DNA of 29,680 bases from a virus (IMGVR_UViG_3300047479_000092:1-29680); one strand, 5' to 3'. Positions 1-7,085 are shown, numbered from the stretch's first letter. Made by a program: numbers and translations. Notes: a model not told the origin generated them from the sequence alone.

Positions 1-310
1 GGAAGGACCCATCCGCCGGCATGGGGGGGGCGTTCACCCCCTGGTTCACCGCGCCGACGGCCTGCGCCGGCTCGGCCCCCTGGGGAGATGGGGCCGGCGC
101 GGCGTGCAGACGCCGCCACTCGGTCAGCACGTCCTGTCTCAGCCGCTGCCCGGCATCCAGGCCGCGGCGCTTGTCCACGCCATCGAGGTACTCGGCGCGC
201 TCGGGTCGCGTAGGCAACGCGCAGACGAAGCGCACCTCACAGGCATGGCGATGGGCCTCGGTGTAGTCGAAGCCGCGTGGGTCGTTGCCCCGGCGAATGT
301 CGTCAAGCAC
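1..310 (-). CDS. Phage hypothetical protein, runs off the window start
   Basis: GTG at 310 overlaps the upstream stop; translation VLDDIRRGNDPRGFDYTEAHRHACEVRFVCALPTRPERAEYLDGVDKRRG... resembles a small phage protein family; not in the ORF track because it has no stop in the window. Confidence 0.6.
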   Translation of the reverse strand, partial: MLDDIRRGNDPRGFDYTEAHRHACEVRFVCALPTRPERAEYLDGVDKRRGLDAGQRLRQDVLTEWRRLHAAPAPSPQGAEPAQAVGAVNQGVNAPPMPADGSF

Positions 311-476
311 AGTCGCCCCCTTCCGTATCGCCGCAGTCATCCACCAGGGCCACGCCTGGCAACGGCGCGTCCTGGTCGTCGTGCCCGCCATCGGCCCGGG
401 CGATCTCGCCCACGCACTGCTCGCAGCGCGCCCAGAGCATCAGCCCGCACACCGGGCATACATCCGGGCCGCTCAT
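303..476 (-). CDS. Small Cys-rich (zinc-ribbon-like) protein, 57 aa
   Basis: ATGA overlap with the upstream gene; MSGPDVCPVCGLMLWARCEQC has two CxxC motifs; overlaps the downstream GTG. Confidence 0.5.
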   Translation of the reverse strand: MSGPDVCPVCGLMLWARCEQCVGEIARADGGHDDQDAPLPGVALVDDCGDTEGGDCA

Positions 477-976
477 GCCAGCACCACCTGGCCAGGCAGG
501 GCCACACCCTGGCGCTGCTGCATGCGCAAGATCCGCTCATTGCGCACCAGCACCATCTGCTCGGCCTGGCGCAGCTTGCCCAGCGGCATACCGGCCGCCG
601 CGTCGGCCCAAGCCACAGCCAGGGCGCGCAGGTCTGCCAGCTCGGCGGCGTAGAGCGTGGCGGTGCCGCGGGCGGCCCGGCGCTCCAGCACGCCGGTCAG
701 CACCGTCATCAGGCGCAGCACCTCGTCACGGCCCTGCAGCTGGCCCAGCGTGGCCAGGGCGTCGAGCATGCTCACCACATCCGCCAGCGCGCCCCAATCA
801 GCAGCCTGGGCCTTGCCCTGGGCCACAGCCTCCACGGCGGCGATGCCCTGCTGGGCCATCCGCAGCGCCTCATCCACCGTGGCGATCCGCAGCCCGGCCA
901 TCACCTGGGCGTGCATGGTGGGCACAGCTTGGCGGTAGGTGCGCCCGGCCATCTTGTGGTTGCGCTTGCGGCTCAT
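473..976 (-). CDS. Phage hypothetical protein (helical, 167 aa)
   Basis: ATG at 976 in an ATGA overlap; MSRKRNHKMAGRTYRQAVPTM...; coupled to both neighbours. Confidence 0.7.
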   Translation of the reverse strand: MSRKRNHKMAGRTYRQAVPTMHAQVMAGLRIATVDEALRMAQQGIAAVEAVAQGKAQAADWGALADVVSMLDALATLGQLQGRDEVLRLMTVLTGVLERRAARGTATLYAAELADLRALAVAWADAAAGMPLGKLRQAEQMVLVRNERILRMQQRQGVALPGQVVLA

Positions 977-1224
977 GCCAAATCTCCCTGTGCAGCAGCA
1001 GGCCGGCGGTGCCGATCCCAGCGCACGATCGCTTTCAGGCCACTGCAGCCCAGCCGCGAGTACGCGCGCATGCAGTAGGTCTCCACGGTCTTGACCGACA
1101 GCCCCAGCTCGCGTGCCACCAGCTTGTGTGCGCCTTGCTCGGCAAACGCATCCAGACACGCCGCCTCGGCAGCGGTCACGCCCCAGGGGTTCGGCACCTC
1201 GGGCCAGTCGCGGTGGGCGGTCAT
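973..1224 (-). CDS. Stand-alone LuxR/GerE-type HTH regulator
   Basis: VTAAEAACL...HKLVARELGLSVKTVETYCMRAYSRLG matches the LuxR C-terminal HTH pattern; AAGAAGG upstream of ATG 1224. Confidence 0.75.
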   Translation of the reverse strand: MTAHRDWPEVPNPWGVTAAEAACLDAFAEQGAHKLVARELGLSVKTVETYCMRAYSRLGCSGLKAIVRWDRHRRPAAAQGDLA

Positions 1225-1343
1225 GCCTTCTTGCCCATGCCAGGCACCGGCGTGGGGGCGGGTGCGGGGGTGGTTCTCAATCCCATGATGTCCCTCGTGT
1301 TGAGGATGACCCCCGCAGATGCGGGGTACATGCTGCGCATATG

Positions 1344-1580
1344 TCACGCAGCAGCCTGTTGCGCACCTTCAGATGCAGTGGGCTGGGTCGATACAGCCAC
1401 TGCAGGGATCAACTGGCGCTCAAGCTCTGCGAGCTTCAGAACATCGTCTGCCCCCGTCGCCGTGAGACCGCTCTCCCACCGCGACAGTCGAGGCTGAGGA
1501 ATTCCGGTGCGGCGCGAGATTTCGGACTGGCTTAGGCCAGCCCGGCGAAGACGCTTGATCAACTCTGAGGTAGGGCTCAT
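1344..1580 (-). CDS. cro: Cro-like XRE HTH protein
   Basis: LRRAGLSQSEISRRTGIPQPRLSRWESG HTH; 78 aa; divergent from the repressor gene. Confidence 0.8.
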   Translation of the reverse strand: MSPTSELIKRLRRAGLSQSEISRRTGIPQPRLSRWESGLTATGADDVLKLAELERQLIPAVAVSTQPTASEGAQQAAA

Positions 1581-1653
1581 GCAATCAGTTTATGCGATAT
1601 CGCATAGAGCGTCTATGCCCCTTCGCATTATGCGAACGTGCATAGTTCGGGGT
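1581..1653. promoter_or_regulatory. OR-like operator region with divergent promoters
   Basis: Three TATGC-N6-GCATW sites (1591-1606 perfect palindrome, 1614-1629, 1629-1644); minus-strand TAGACG-17-TAAACT before cro; plus-strand CATAGT at 1641-1646 before cI. Confidence 0.75.
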
Positions 1654-2118
1654 ATGGAGCCCCATGAGCTGATTGACCGGCTGGTGAAGCGCGCCGGTGG
1701 CACTTACAAGGTGGCTGGCGCGATGGGTGCGCGCACGTTTCAGGGCACGCTGCACAAGATCTGCAGCGGCTTCGTGAAGAGCCCGAAACGCGACTCCGCG
1801 CAGAAGATCGCGGACTTCTTCAAGATTCCCGTCGAGGCCCTCTACGACGCTGAGACGGCAACTGAGGTCTGGCAGTCAATCAAGGATGCAGCGCCAGGCC
1901 CGGCTGTCATGGCATCCCCCCTGCCTGTTCTTTCGGCGAAGGAAGAGGCGGCTGCGCCGCTCGACCTTTCATGGCCGTTCCGGACGATCAGCCGGAGCGA
2001 TCTGGCAGGGTTAGCACCCCACATGTTGGCAGATCTAGAAGAGCTGATGCGCGTCCACATTGCGCAGATGCTGCGCGCTACAGCAGCCCAAACTGCCCGC
2101 GTCGCAAACGGCCACTGA
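1654..2118 (+). CDS. CI-like repressor (XRE HTH, no recognisable S24 peptidase domain)
   Basis: N-terminal HTH (QGTLHKICSGFVKSPKRDSAQKIADFFKIPVEALY); divergent from cro across the operators. Confidence 0.75.
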   Translation: MEPHELIDRLVKRAGGTYKVAGAMGARTFQGTLHKICSGFVKSPKRDSAQKIADFFKIPVEALYDAETATEVWQSIKDAAPGPAVMASPLPVLSAKEEAAAPLDLSWPFRTISRSDLAGLAPHMLADLEELMRVHIAQMLRATAAQTARVANGH

Positions 2119-2301
2119 CCCCCGACACGCACCCCGCGGGGCGAGTTTTGCACGTTGATTTCCGTCAACGACACCCCCAAAAGGCGGAGAACACCCATTC
2201 CGGGGGGTGTGAGGTCGAGAGCATCGATGGAAGCTGGGTCATCTGGGACCAGCATCAACACCGCACGTGAGCCGTCCGTGTGCAGTCCGTCTATCCAACA
2301 C

Positions 2302-2625
2302 ATGCCTAGAACCACGCCCTCCTGGATCGCACCGCTTTGCTTCGCGGTGTGCCTGCTCTGCGCGCCAGCCAGCCAGGCCCAACCCGTCGAGCTGAAGGTT
2401 TTCGGCTTGCCACTGGGCGGCAAGCCCGCGCCAGAGATCGACATCTGCCCGGCCGACGAAACGACGTCTGACGTCGCATGCTGGATCGGCGCTGCCCAGA
2501 TCGCAGAAGACACGTCGCTCTTCGGGCGCCTGTTCATGCCGGACGGTGGCAAGCTGCCGCTGTGGGCCCGCAACGGCGAGTTCGCCGTCGTGAGGGGCAT
2601 TGAGATATCCCAGGCCATTGAGTGA
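2302..2625 (+). pseudogene. Exported protein, probably interrupted at 2590 by the Mu-like end
   Basis: Signal peptide MPRTTPSWIAPLCFAVCLLCAPASQA; the last codons read into the TG end sequence. Confidence 0.5.
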
Positions 2626-2669
2626 GAAAAATGGCCCGGAAGAACCCGGAAGAGGCTGGAAGATCGCGG
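2591..2669 (+). repeat. Putative transposable-phage end with repeated motifs
   Basis: TGAGGGGCATTGAGATATCCC...CATTGAGTGAGAAAAA followed by the 10-bp-period repeat CCCGGAAGAA CCCGGAAGAG GCTGGAAGAT. Confidence 0.55.
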
Positions 2670-2741
2670 CCCCAGGGAAAACGGCTTGCAAAGAGTGAAA
2701 ACGGCAACCGCTTGCCGATTTGCCCCCCATGAAGCCCGAGA

Positions 2742-3242
2742 TCACCCCCTCGAAGCGTCGATCAGGTCCAGCGTGAAAGGCAGCAGGATGGACATGGCGG
2801 GCCGGTACAGTGGGTGCGAGGGATGTCCCGAGCGGGTCACTCCCAAGCAGAACGGATGCCGACCCGCGCCGCGGATGACGGGCAGCACCTCACCCGGGCG
2901 CGGCGACTCTCCAGCACTGGCGCCCCAGGCCACGCAGACGCGGTCAGACGCCTCCACAGCGGCCTGGATGTGCTGATCGTTGTCCGGGCCTACCGGCCAG
3001 GCATGGCGCCTCAGATCGGCGGGATCGGTGGCCCGCCAAGCGTAGAGGTTTACCACCTCGATCGCGCCGAACACATGGGACCGACCGAATCCGATGCATC
3101 GGCGTATGGTGGGGTCATCGATGTCCGCATCGGCCGTGCTCGGGTTGAGCATCACGAACAGCAGCGTCGGGCCATCGGACCAGCGCCGGCCCAGGCGGTA
3201 GCGGAACCGACCGCATTCGCTGATGGTGGCCTTCTTGTCCAT
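2742..3242 (-). CDS. DUF1643 family protein
   Basis: ATISECGRFRYRLGRRW, FVMLNPSTAD, DDPTIRRC, VVNLYAWRATDP, VAWG and HPSHPLY motifs; alternative GTG start at 3260. Confidence 0.9.
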   Translation of the reverse strand: MDKKATISECGRFRYRLGRRWSDGPTLLFVMLNPSTADADIDDPTIRRCIGFGRSHVFGAIEVVNLYAWRATDPADLRRHAWPVGPDNDQHIQAAVEASDRVCVAWGASAGESPRPGEVLPVIRGAGRHPFCLGVTRSGHPSHPLYRPAMSILLPFTLDLIDASRG

Positions 3243-3246
3243 GAGG

Positions 3247-3348
3247 TCAGAACAAGGCACGCCAGAGCGCCCGTCCCAGGGCGGACGTGAATGGGCATTC
3301 CCGCATGTGGCGGCGCAGCGCGGTGCGTCGATCGTTCGGATGTAGCAC
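3247..3348 (-). CDS. Possible 33-aa peptide
   Basis: GTG preceded by AAAGG; fills the gap between its neighbours (MLHPNDRRTALRRHMRECPF...). Confidence 0.3.
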   Translation of the reverse strand: MLHPNDRRTALRRHMRECPFTSALGRALWRALF

Positions 3349-3350
3349 GC

Positions 3351-3551
3351 TCAGCCTTTCTGCGCGTCCAGCGCCGCCCGCACGAAGCAATCCTTCGCCT
3401 CCAGCAGCTTGCGCATGCCGGCGCTCTTCTCGGGGCCATCGGGGAGCATGGCTTCGAGCTGCTCGGCCAGCTCGCCAATCGGCTTGCTCACCGTCTGCAG
3501 ATGTGCAGGCAGATGGGTATAGCCGAAATACTTGATGACAGTGCTCGGCAT
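3351..3551 (-). CDS. 66-aa helical-hairpin phage protein; candidate signalling-nucleotide sponge (Acb2/Tad1-hairpin or Sequestin-like)
   Basis: YFGYTHLPAHLQTVSKP...LPDGPEKSAGMRKLLEAKDCFVRAA; recognisable phage family; function inferred from recalled similarity. Confidence 0.6.
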   Translation of the reverse strand: MPSTVIKYFGYTHLPAHLQTVSKPIGELAEQLEAMLPDGPEKSAGMRKLLEAKDCFVRAALDAQKG

Positions 3552-3561
3552 GGCAGGCCGA

Positions 3562-3798
3562 TCAGCCTGCCGGCGTGAAATCGACGTAATACTCCTTGCC
3601 GATATCGAACTGATTGCCGACTTCAGGCGGAACCACGCTGAGACTGATTTCGCCACCCGGTGTGGCGGCATAAAACGCGCGGTTTTCTTCACTTCCTGAC
3701 GTCACAGGATTGAGCTTGATGGTTTGCATCTCGCCCGAGCCATTCCAGTTCGATTGGCGGGTAATTGACAGGACCTTGAACTTGGCACGAATCGGCAT
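3562..3798 (-). CDS. 78-aa beta-rich phage protein; candidate Lockin-like sponge
   Basis: IRAKFKV...SEENRAFYAATPGGEISL...GKEYYVDFTPA; GGAGA RBS; function inferred. Confidence 0.55.
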   Translation of the reverse strand: MPIRAKFKVLSITRQSNWNGSGEMQTIKLNPVTSGSEENRAFYAATPGGEISLSVVPPEVGNQFDIGKEYYVDFTPAG

Positions 3799-3896
3799 AT
3801 CGAATCTCCAGAATATCGGCTATTGAGGCCATGACGGGGAGGGAAAATTCGATGTTGCACAGGAAATCAGGGCCCTGGCAGGGGAACCAGTTCACT

Positions 3897-4154
3897 TCAC
3901 CCGCCCTCATCCGCCCCGGGCTCGCGCATCCAGAAGCCGCAGCCCGTCCCAGGGTCGGCCACCAGGTGGTGATTGCGTGGAATCTCGCACCAGACGTAGC
4001 GACGGCCTTCCAGATGGCCGAAATAGGCGCACGTGAAGCAGTTGCCCCGGCCCTCGTAACGGAAGCTCATCGGCGGCGCAGCCACTGGTGCAGGTGCAGG
4101 CTCGGGGCATGGCAAGGTCTTCATGCGCCGAGTCTGCACAGGGTGCCGGCTCAT
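3897..4154 (-). CDS. Small Cys-rich hypothetical protein
   Basis: NCFTCAYF...WC...GCGFWMREPGAD, probable metal-binding motif. Confidence 0.6.
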   Translation of the reverse strand: MSRHPVQTRRMKTLPCPEPAPAPVAAPPMSFRYEGRGNCFTCAYFGHLEGRRYVWCEIPRNHHLVADPGTGCGFWMREPGADEGG

Positions 4155-4171
4155 GGCGTGAGCCTGATGCG

Positions 4172-4204
4172 CAAAGCAAACAGGCCGGCAAATGCCGGCC
4201 TGTT
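4172..4204 (-). terminator. Intrinsic terminator after mor
   Basis: Perfect 12-bp inverted repeat AACAGGCCGGCA/TGCCGGCCTGTT (4179-4204) just past the stop, with a T-rich tail on the minus strand. Confidence 0.65.
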
Positions 4205-4206
4205 GT

Positions 4207-4569
4207 TCATTCGGGGGTATCCAGCCCGGGTAAATCGAGCTGATTGAGCGCCGCCGCGCGTTTTCGCATCACCGCGCAGATATACCTGATCTGCCGCTCC
4301 GTCAAACCGAACTCGGTCGCCAGCTGCCAGGTGTTCTGTCCGTTGAATCGCTCCCAGATCCTCAGGTCGCGCTTGTCCAGGGCCAGCTCGGTGTCCTTGG
4401 GCATATAGAACTCGTTGCCGCCGTACTCCTGGCACAGGGTATGGGCAATCTCGCGCATGATGAACCGGGCGCGGTCGGCATCCATGCCGGCATCCTCGGT
4501 CAGCCGCATCGTGCCGATATCGGCCAGGCGCTGCACGATCTCGCTCGTGCGGGGTTTTCCGCGCCTCAC
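4207..4569 (-). CDS. mor: Mor/C family transcription activator
   Basis: YGGNEFYMPK...RDLRIWERFNGQNTWQLATEFGLTERQIRYI is the Mor signature; GTGA overlap with gemA. Confidence 0.88.
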   Translation of the reverse strand: MRRGKPRTSEIVQRLADIGTMRLTEDAGMDADRARFIMREIAHTLCQEYGGNEFYMPKDTELALDKRDLRIWERFNGQNTWQLATEFGLTERQIRYICAVMRKRAAALNQLDLPGLDTPE

Positions 4570-5096
4570 GGCTGCACCTGCAGGGCCTGGTCGGCCGGCT
4601 GCTTGTCGCCGCGCTTGATCCAGCGCTTGAGGCTCTCCACGACCAGGTCCTGCTGCGCGCCGTTGAGCCACTCGATGCGCTCCACGCCGGTCTGGCGCTG
4701 CACCCAGGCGGTGATCGCGGCCATCTTGCGCTCGCGCACCAGGCCGGCGTCTGCGGCCTGCATCCACAGGCTCCACAGCTTGCGTTCCAGGGCCGTGAGC
4801 GGGCGGCGCACCGGCCGGGCCGCGGGCGCTGCAGCGGGCTTCCCAGCCTGGCTGTCTGCGCGCCCCTTGGCGGCCAGCATGTGCTCGATCAGCCGCTGCC
4901 GGCCGGTGATGTCCAGCTGCGCCGACGAGCGCACGCCCTGGCACACCGTGGCCATCACGTCGCGGTACAGGTCTTCGTCCCAGCCCAGCTCGGCCTTGAG
5001 CATGTGGATGCGCGCCAGGTCGCTCTTGCGGGCCTGCGCATTCACGACGGGGCGGCGGCTGGGTGCTGCGGCGGCGGTCTTGGCGGGGGCTGACAC
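4566..5096 (-). CDS. gemA: GemA / Mu gp16 (DUF1018) family protein
   Basis: RKSDLARIHMLKAELGWDEDLYRDVM...RKLWSLW...VVESLKRW; AGGAG RBS. Confidence 0.88.
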   Translation of the reverse strand: MSAPAKTAAAAPSRRPVVNAQARKSDLARIHMLKAELGWDEDLYRDVMATVCQGVRSSAQLDITGRQRLIEHMLAAKGRADSQAGKPAAAPAARPVRRPLTALERKLWSLWMQAADAGLVRERKMAAITAWVQRQTGVERIEWLNGAQQDLVVESLKRWIKRGDKQPADQALQVQP

Positions 5097-5304
5097 GGGT
5101 ACTGCTCCTGAAACGAAAGGAGCCGGGTGTCACACACACCCGGCGGAAGTGGTCATCGCGGTCGTCGGCTGCTCTCTCAGCCTCCCAGATCGGCCAGGTT
5201 CGCCGGCCTGGTGGGTCCCGATGACAGCGGCGGTTCTTTTGAGCCCACCCACCGCTGATGGCTGCCGGGCTACGCGCCCCCAGGGCCCGGCTGCGCGTGG
5301 TTCA

Positions 5305-5568
5305 TCAGGCCTGGTACCAGCCGCGCACGGGGTCGCGGTACTCCAGGGGCTCGGCCAGGCCGCCGGGCTGGGCGATGGCCAGGCGGAAGTTCGCCTTGCG
5401 CCCGGGCGTGTGGTCGGCCAGGCACAGCGTGTCGATCGCATCGCGGCAGCGCGCCATGTCGTTCAGGCCGACCTTGGCCAGCGTCTTCCAGGCGCCGGAG
5501 TTGTTCATCTGGACCAGGATCTCGGGCGTCGCGTTGATGCGCGGGGCGGGGGTGGTCGAGGTGTTCAT
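5305..5568 (-). CDS. Phage hypothetical protein (87 aa)
   Basis: GAGGGGA RBS; MNTSTTPAPRINATPEILVQMNNSGAWKTL... Confidence 0.6.
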   Translation of the reverse strand: MNTSTTPAPRINATPEILVQMNNSGAWKTLAKVGLNDMARCRDAIDTLCLADHTPGRKANFRLAIAQPGGLAEPLEYRDPVRGWYQA

Positions 5569-5579
5569 CTGGATTCCCC

Positions 5580-5882
5580 TCACGCCGACGCCAGATCCAG
5601 CGCGATCTGGCGGTATTCGTCCGTCTGGCCCACGCGCTCGTACACCCGCACATAGCTGCTGGAGCCGACCACCTGCAGGCTGTCGCCGATGGCCTCCATC
5701 GCACGCGTCCAGCGCGGATCCTTGAACGGGTGGCGGCGCAGGCCCAGCACGCGCGCGGTGTTCACCTGGCCCTGCTGGTCGACGCGGAAGGCGTCCTGAA
5801 TCAGCACCTTGATCTCGTCGCGGCCGTCCTCGGTCCAGTCGGTCAGGCACTCGTCGATCAGCGCCTTCGCAGCCTGCAACCG
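5580..5882 (-). pseudogene. DUF3164 family protein, C-terminal half only
   Basis: RLQAAKALIDECLTDW...AFRVDQQGQVNTARVLGLRR...WTRAMEAIGDS...YVRVYER...IALDLA; the N-terminal half is missing. Confidence 0.85.
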
Positions 5883-5986
5883 CCAGCCGCATCGGTACCC
5901 CCGCCGCCGCACCCCTGGATGACAGGCACAGCGGCAGTGCAAAGCAGCACAGACGCCGAAATCATCAGACGGATCAACACACGCAT
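5858..5986 (-). pseudogene. Lipoprotein N-terminus truncated at the deletion junction
   Basis: GGAG RBS; MRVLIRLMISASVLLCTAAVPVIQG-CGGGG lipobox, then runs out of frame into DUF3164 sequence. Confidence 0.6.
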
Positions 5987-6090
5987 ATCAAGGCTCCATG
6001 AAGTTGCGGGGGAAGAGACCGACGTTACGCGCGCACGGATCTGAATGCGCTCCACCGTTTGGGGGATGCGCAGCGAAACCACCTTCTGAC

Positions 6091-6133
6091 TATTCGATAT
6101 CGCATTGACACGTTCTATGCGTTGTCGCATAGT
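6091..6133 (+). promoter_or_regulatory. PL-like promoter with two operators
   Basis: TTGACA (6105-6110)-17-CATAGT (6128-6133), overlapped by TATTCGATATCGCATT (6091-6106) and TATGCGTTGTCGCATA (6116-6131), same consensus as OR. Confidence 0.8.
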
Positions 6134-6188
6134 CCGCCTCACGCCACCCCACAGGCCCACCGGGCCAGGTCGGCGCAGAGGATCCGCA

Positions 6189-6374
6189 GTGGACAGCATC
6201 ACGATCACGAAGGCAGCACTGGCCGCTGCACTCCTTGCCTGGGAACAGGCGCACCGTGCGGGCGAGACCCGCACCGCTGATGAAACGGCCGCACTACCCA
6301 TCAACCAGGTGGTCAGCGAGTCGACCGACTACCTGTGGAGCCTGCTCCAGGGCGCCACGCCGGTGGAGGGTTGA
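6189..6374 (+). CDS. First early-left protein (61 aa)
   Basis: AGAGGA RBS, GTG start; DSITITKAALAAALLAWEQAHRAG. Confidence 0.65.
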   Translation: MDSITITKAALAAALLAWEQAHRAGETRTADETAALPINQVVSESTDYLWSLLQGATPVEG

Positions 6375-6712
6375 GCTGTGCAGACGTCAGCAATCAGCGC
6401 CGAACAGCTCAAGCTGGCCCTCGTGGCGAGCCGCATCAACCGCCTGACCGGCAAGCGCACCCGCTGGGCTGCGATGTCGGCCACCACCCGTGTCTCGATG
6501 GGCTGTGCCCGCGGCGGGCGCCACTGGGTGCCGCCCCTGCCGGTGCCCTCGCTGCTCACGCCCATGGAGCGCGGCGACCTGTTCAAGGCCATCGAGCGCA
6601 CCCGCCTGCACGCCGGCACTGCCGCCGTGCGCCGCACGTTCGGCGCCGGCATCCGCGCCCTGCGCGCGGAAAACGCCCACATCTGCATGGAGGGCTGAGC
6701 CGTGCAGACGTC
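6364..6712 (+). repeat. 25-bp direct repeats at successive gene junctions (6364-6388, 6688-6712)
   Basis: TGGAGGGYTGAGCYGTGCAGACGTC, 23/25 identical; TGCAGACGTCCAGACACC also identical at 6703-6720 and 7608-7625. Confidence 0.85.
6378..6698 (+). CDS. Phage hypothetical protein (106 aa)
   Basis: GGAGGG RBS, GTG start, tight operon packing. Confidence 0.65.
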   Translation: MQTSAISAEQLKLALVASRINRLTGKRTRWAAMSATTRVSMGCARGGRHWVPPLPVPSLLTPMERGDLFKAIERTRLHAGTAAVRRTFGAGIRALRAENAHICMEG

Positions 6713-7080
6713 CAGACACCACCGCCACCCCCGCACCCTGGCCTGCCAGGCCCTGCGCGCCATCACCGCCCTGCTGTGCCTGCTGGCCGGCGCCGTGGTG
6801 CTGAGCTGCATCACCGCCACCCCGGCCCGCGCGGCCGACAGCTGGACCGGCGCCGACAAGGGCCGCCACCTGGCCGCCGGCGCCCTGGTGGCCGGCAGCA
6901 CCCTGCAGATCACCGGTGGCGACGCCCGCCTGGCCCTGGTAGCTGGCGGACCGCTTCCGCCCCGGCCATGTGCCCTCGTACCGCGATGCCGCCGTCACCC
7001 TGGCCGGCGCGCTCGTGGCCACCCAAACGCCCGGCTTGGTCATCACGCCGGTGTCCGTGTCCTACCGCATCACCTGGTGA
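6702..7080 (+). pseudogene. YfiM-like membrane/exported protein, frameshifted near 6940
   Basis: ADSWTGADKGRHLAAGA motif; the C-terminus LADRFRPGHVPSYRDAAVTLAGA...VSYRITW is in another frame and the expected KE segment is missing. Confidence 0.7.
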
Positions 7081-7085
7081 ACGCC

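Larger units (their letters stand above)
2591..5882 (-). mobile_element. Terminal remnant of a Mu-like transposable prophage
   Basis: TG-starting end with repeats at 2591; mor, gemA and 5'-truncated DUF3164 genes, all typical of transposable phages. Confidence 0.75.

Noticed and set aside
471-980. GCTCATGCCA repeated exactly 500 bp apart
   Set aside because: Only 10 bp, and explained by ATGA stop-start overlaps
104-1497. Long plus-strand ORFs (324 and 406 aa)
   Set aside because: Antisense shadows of coupled minus-strand genes; low-complexity Arg/Pro/Ala translations typical of GC-rich DNA
4207-5139. 310-aa ORF as a single long Mor protein
   Set aside because: The N-terminal part is an off-frame reading of gemA; Mor starts at GTG 4569
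6704-6717. AGACGTCC resembling a MetJ box
   Set aside because: Imperfect, inside coding starts, and no methionine-related context
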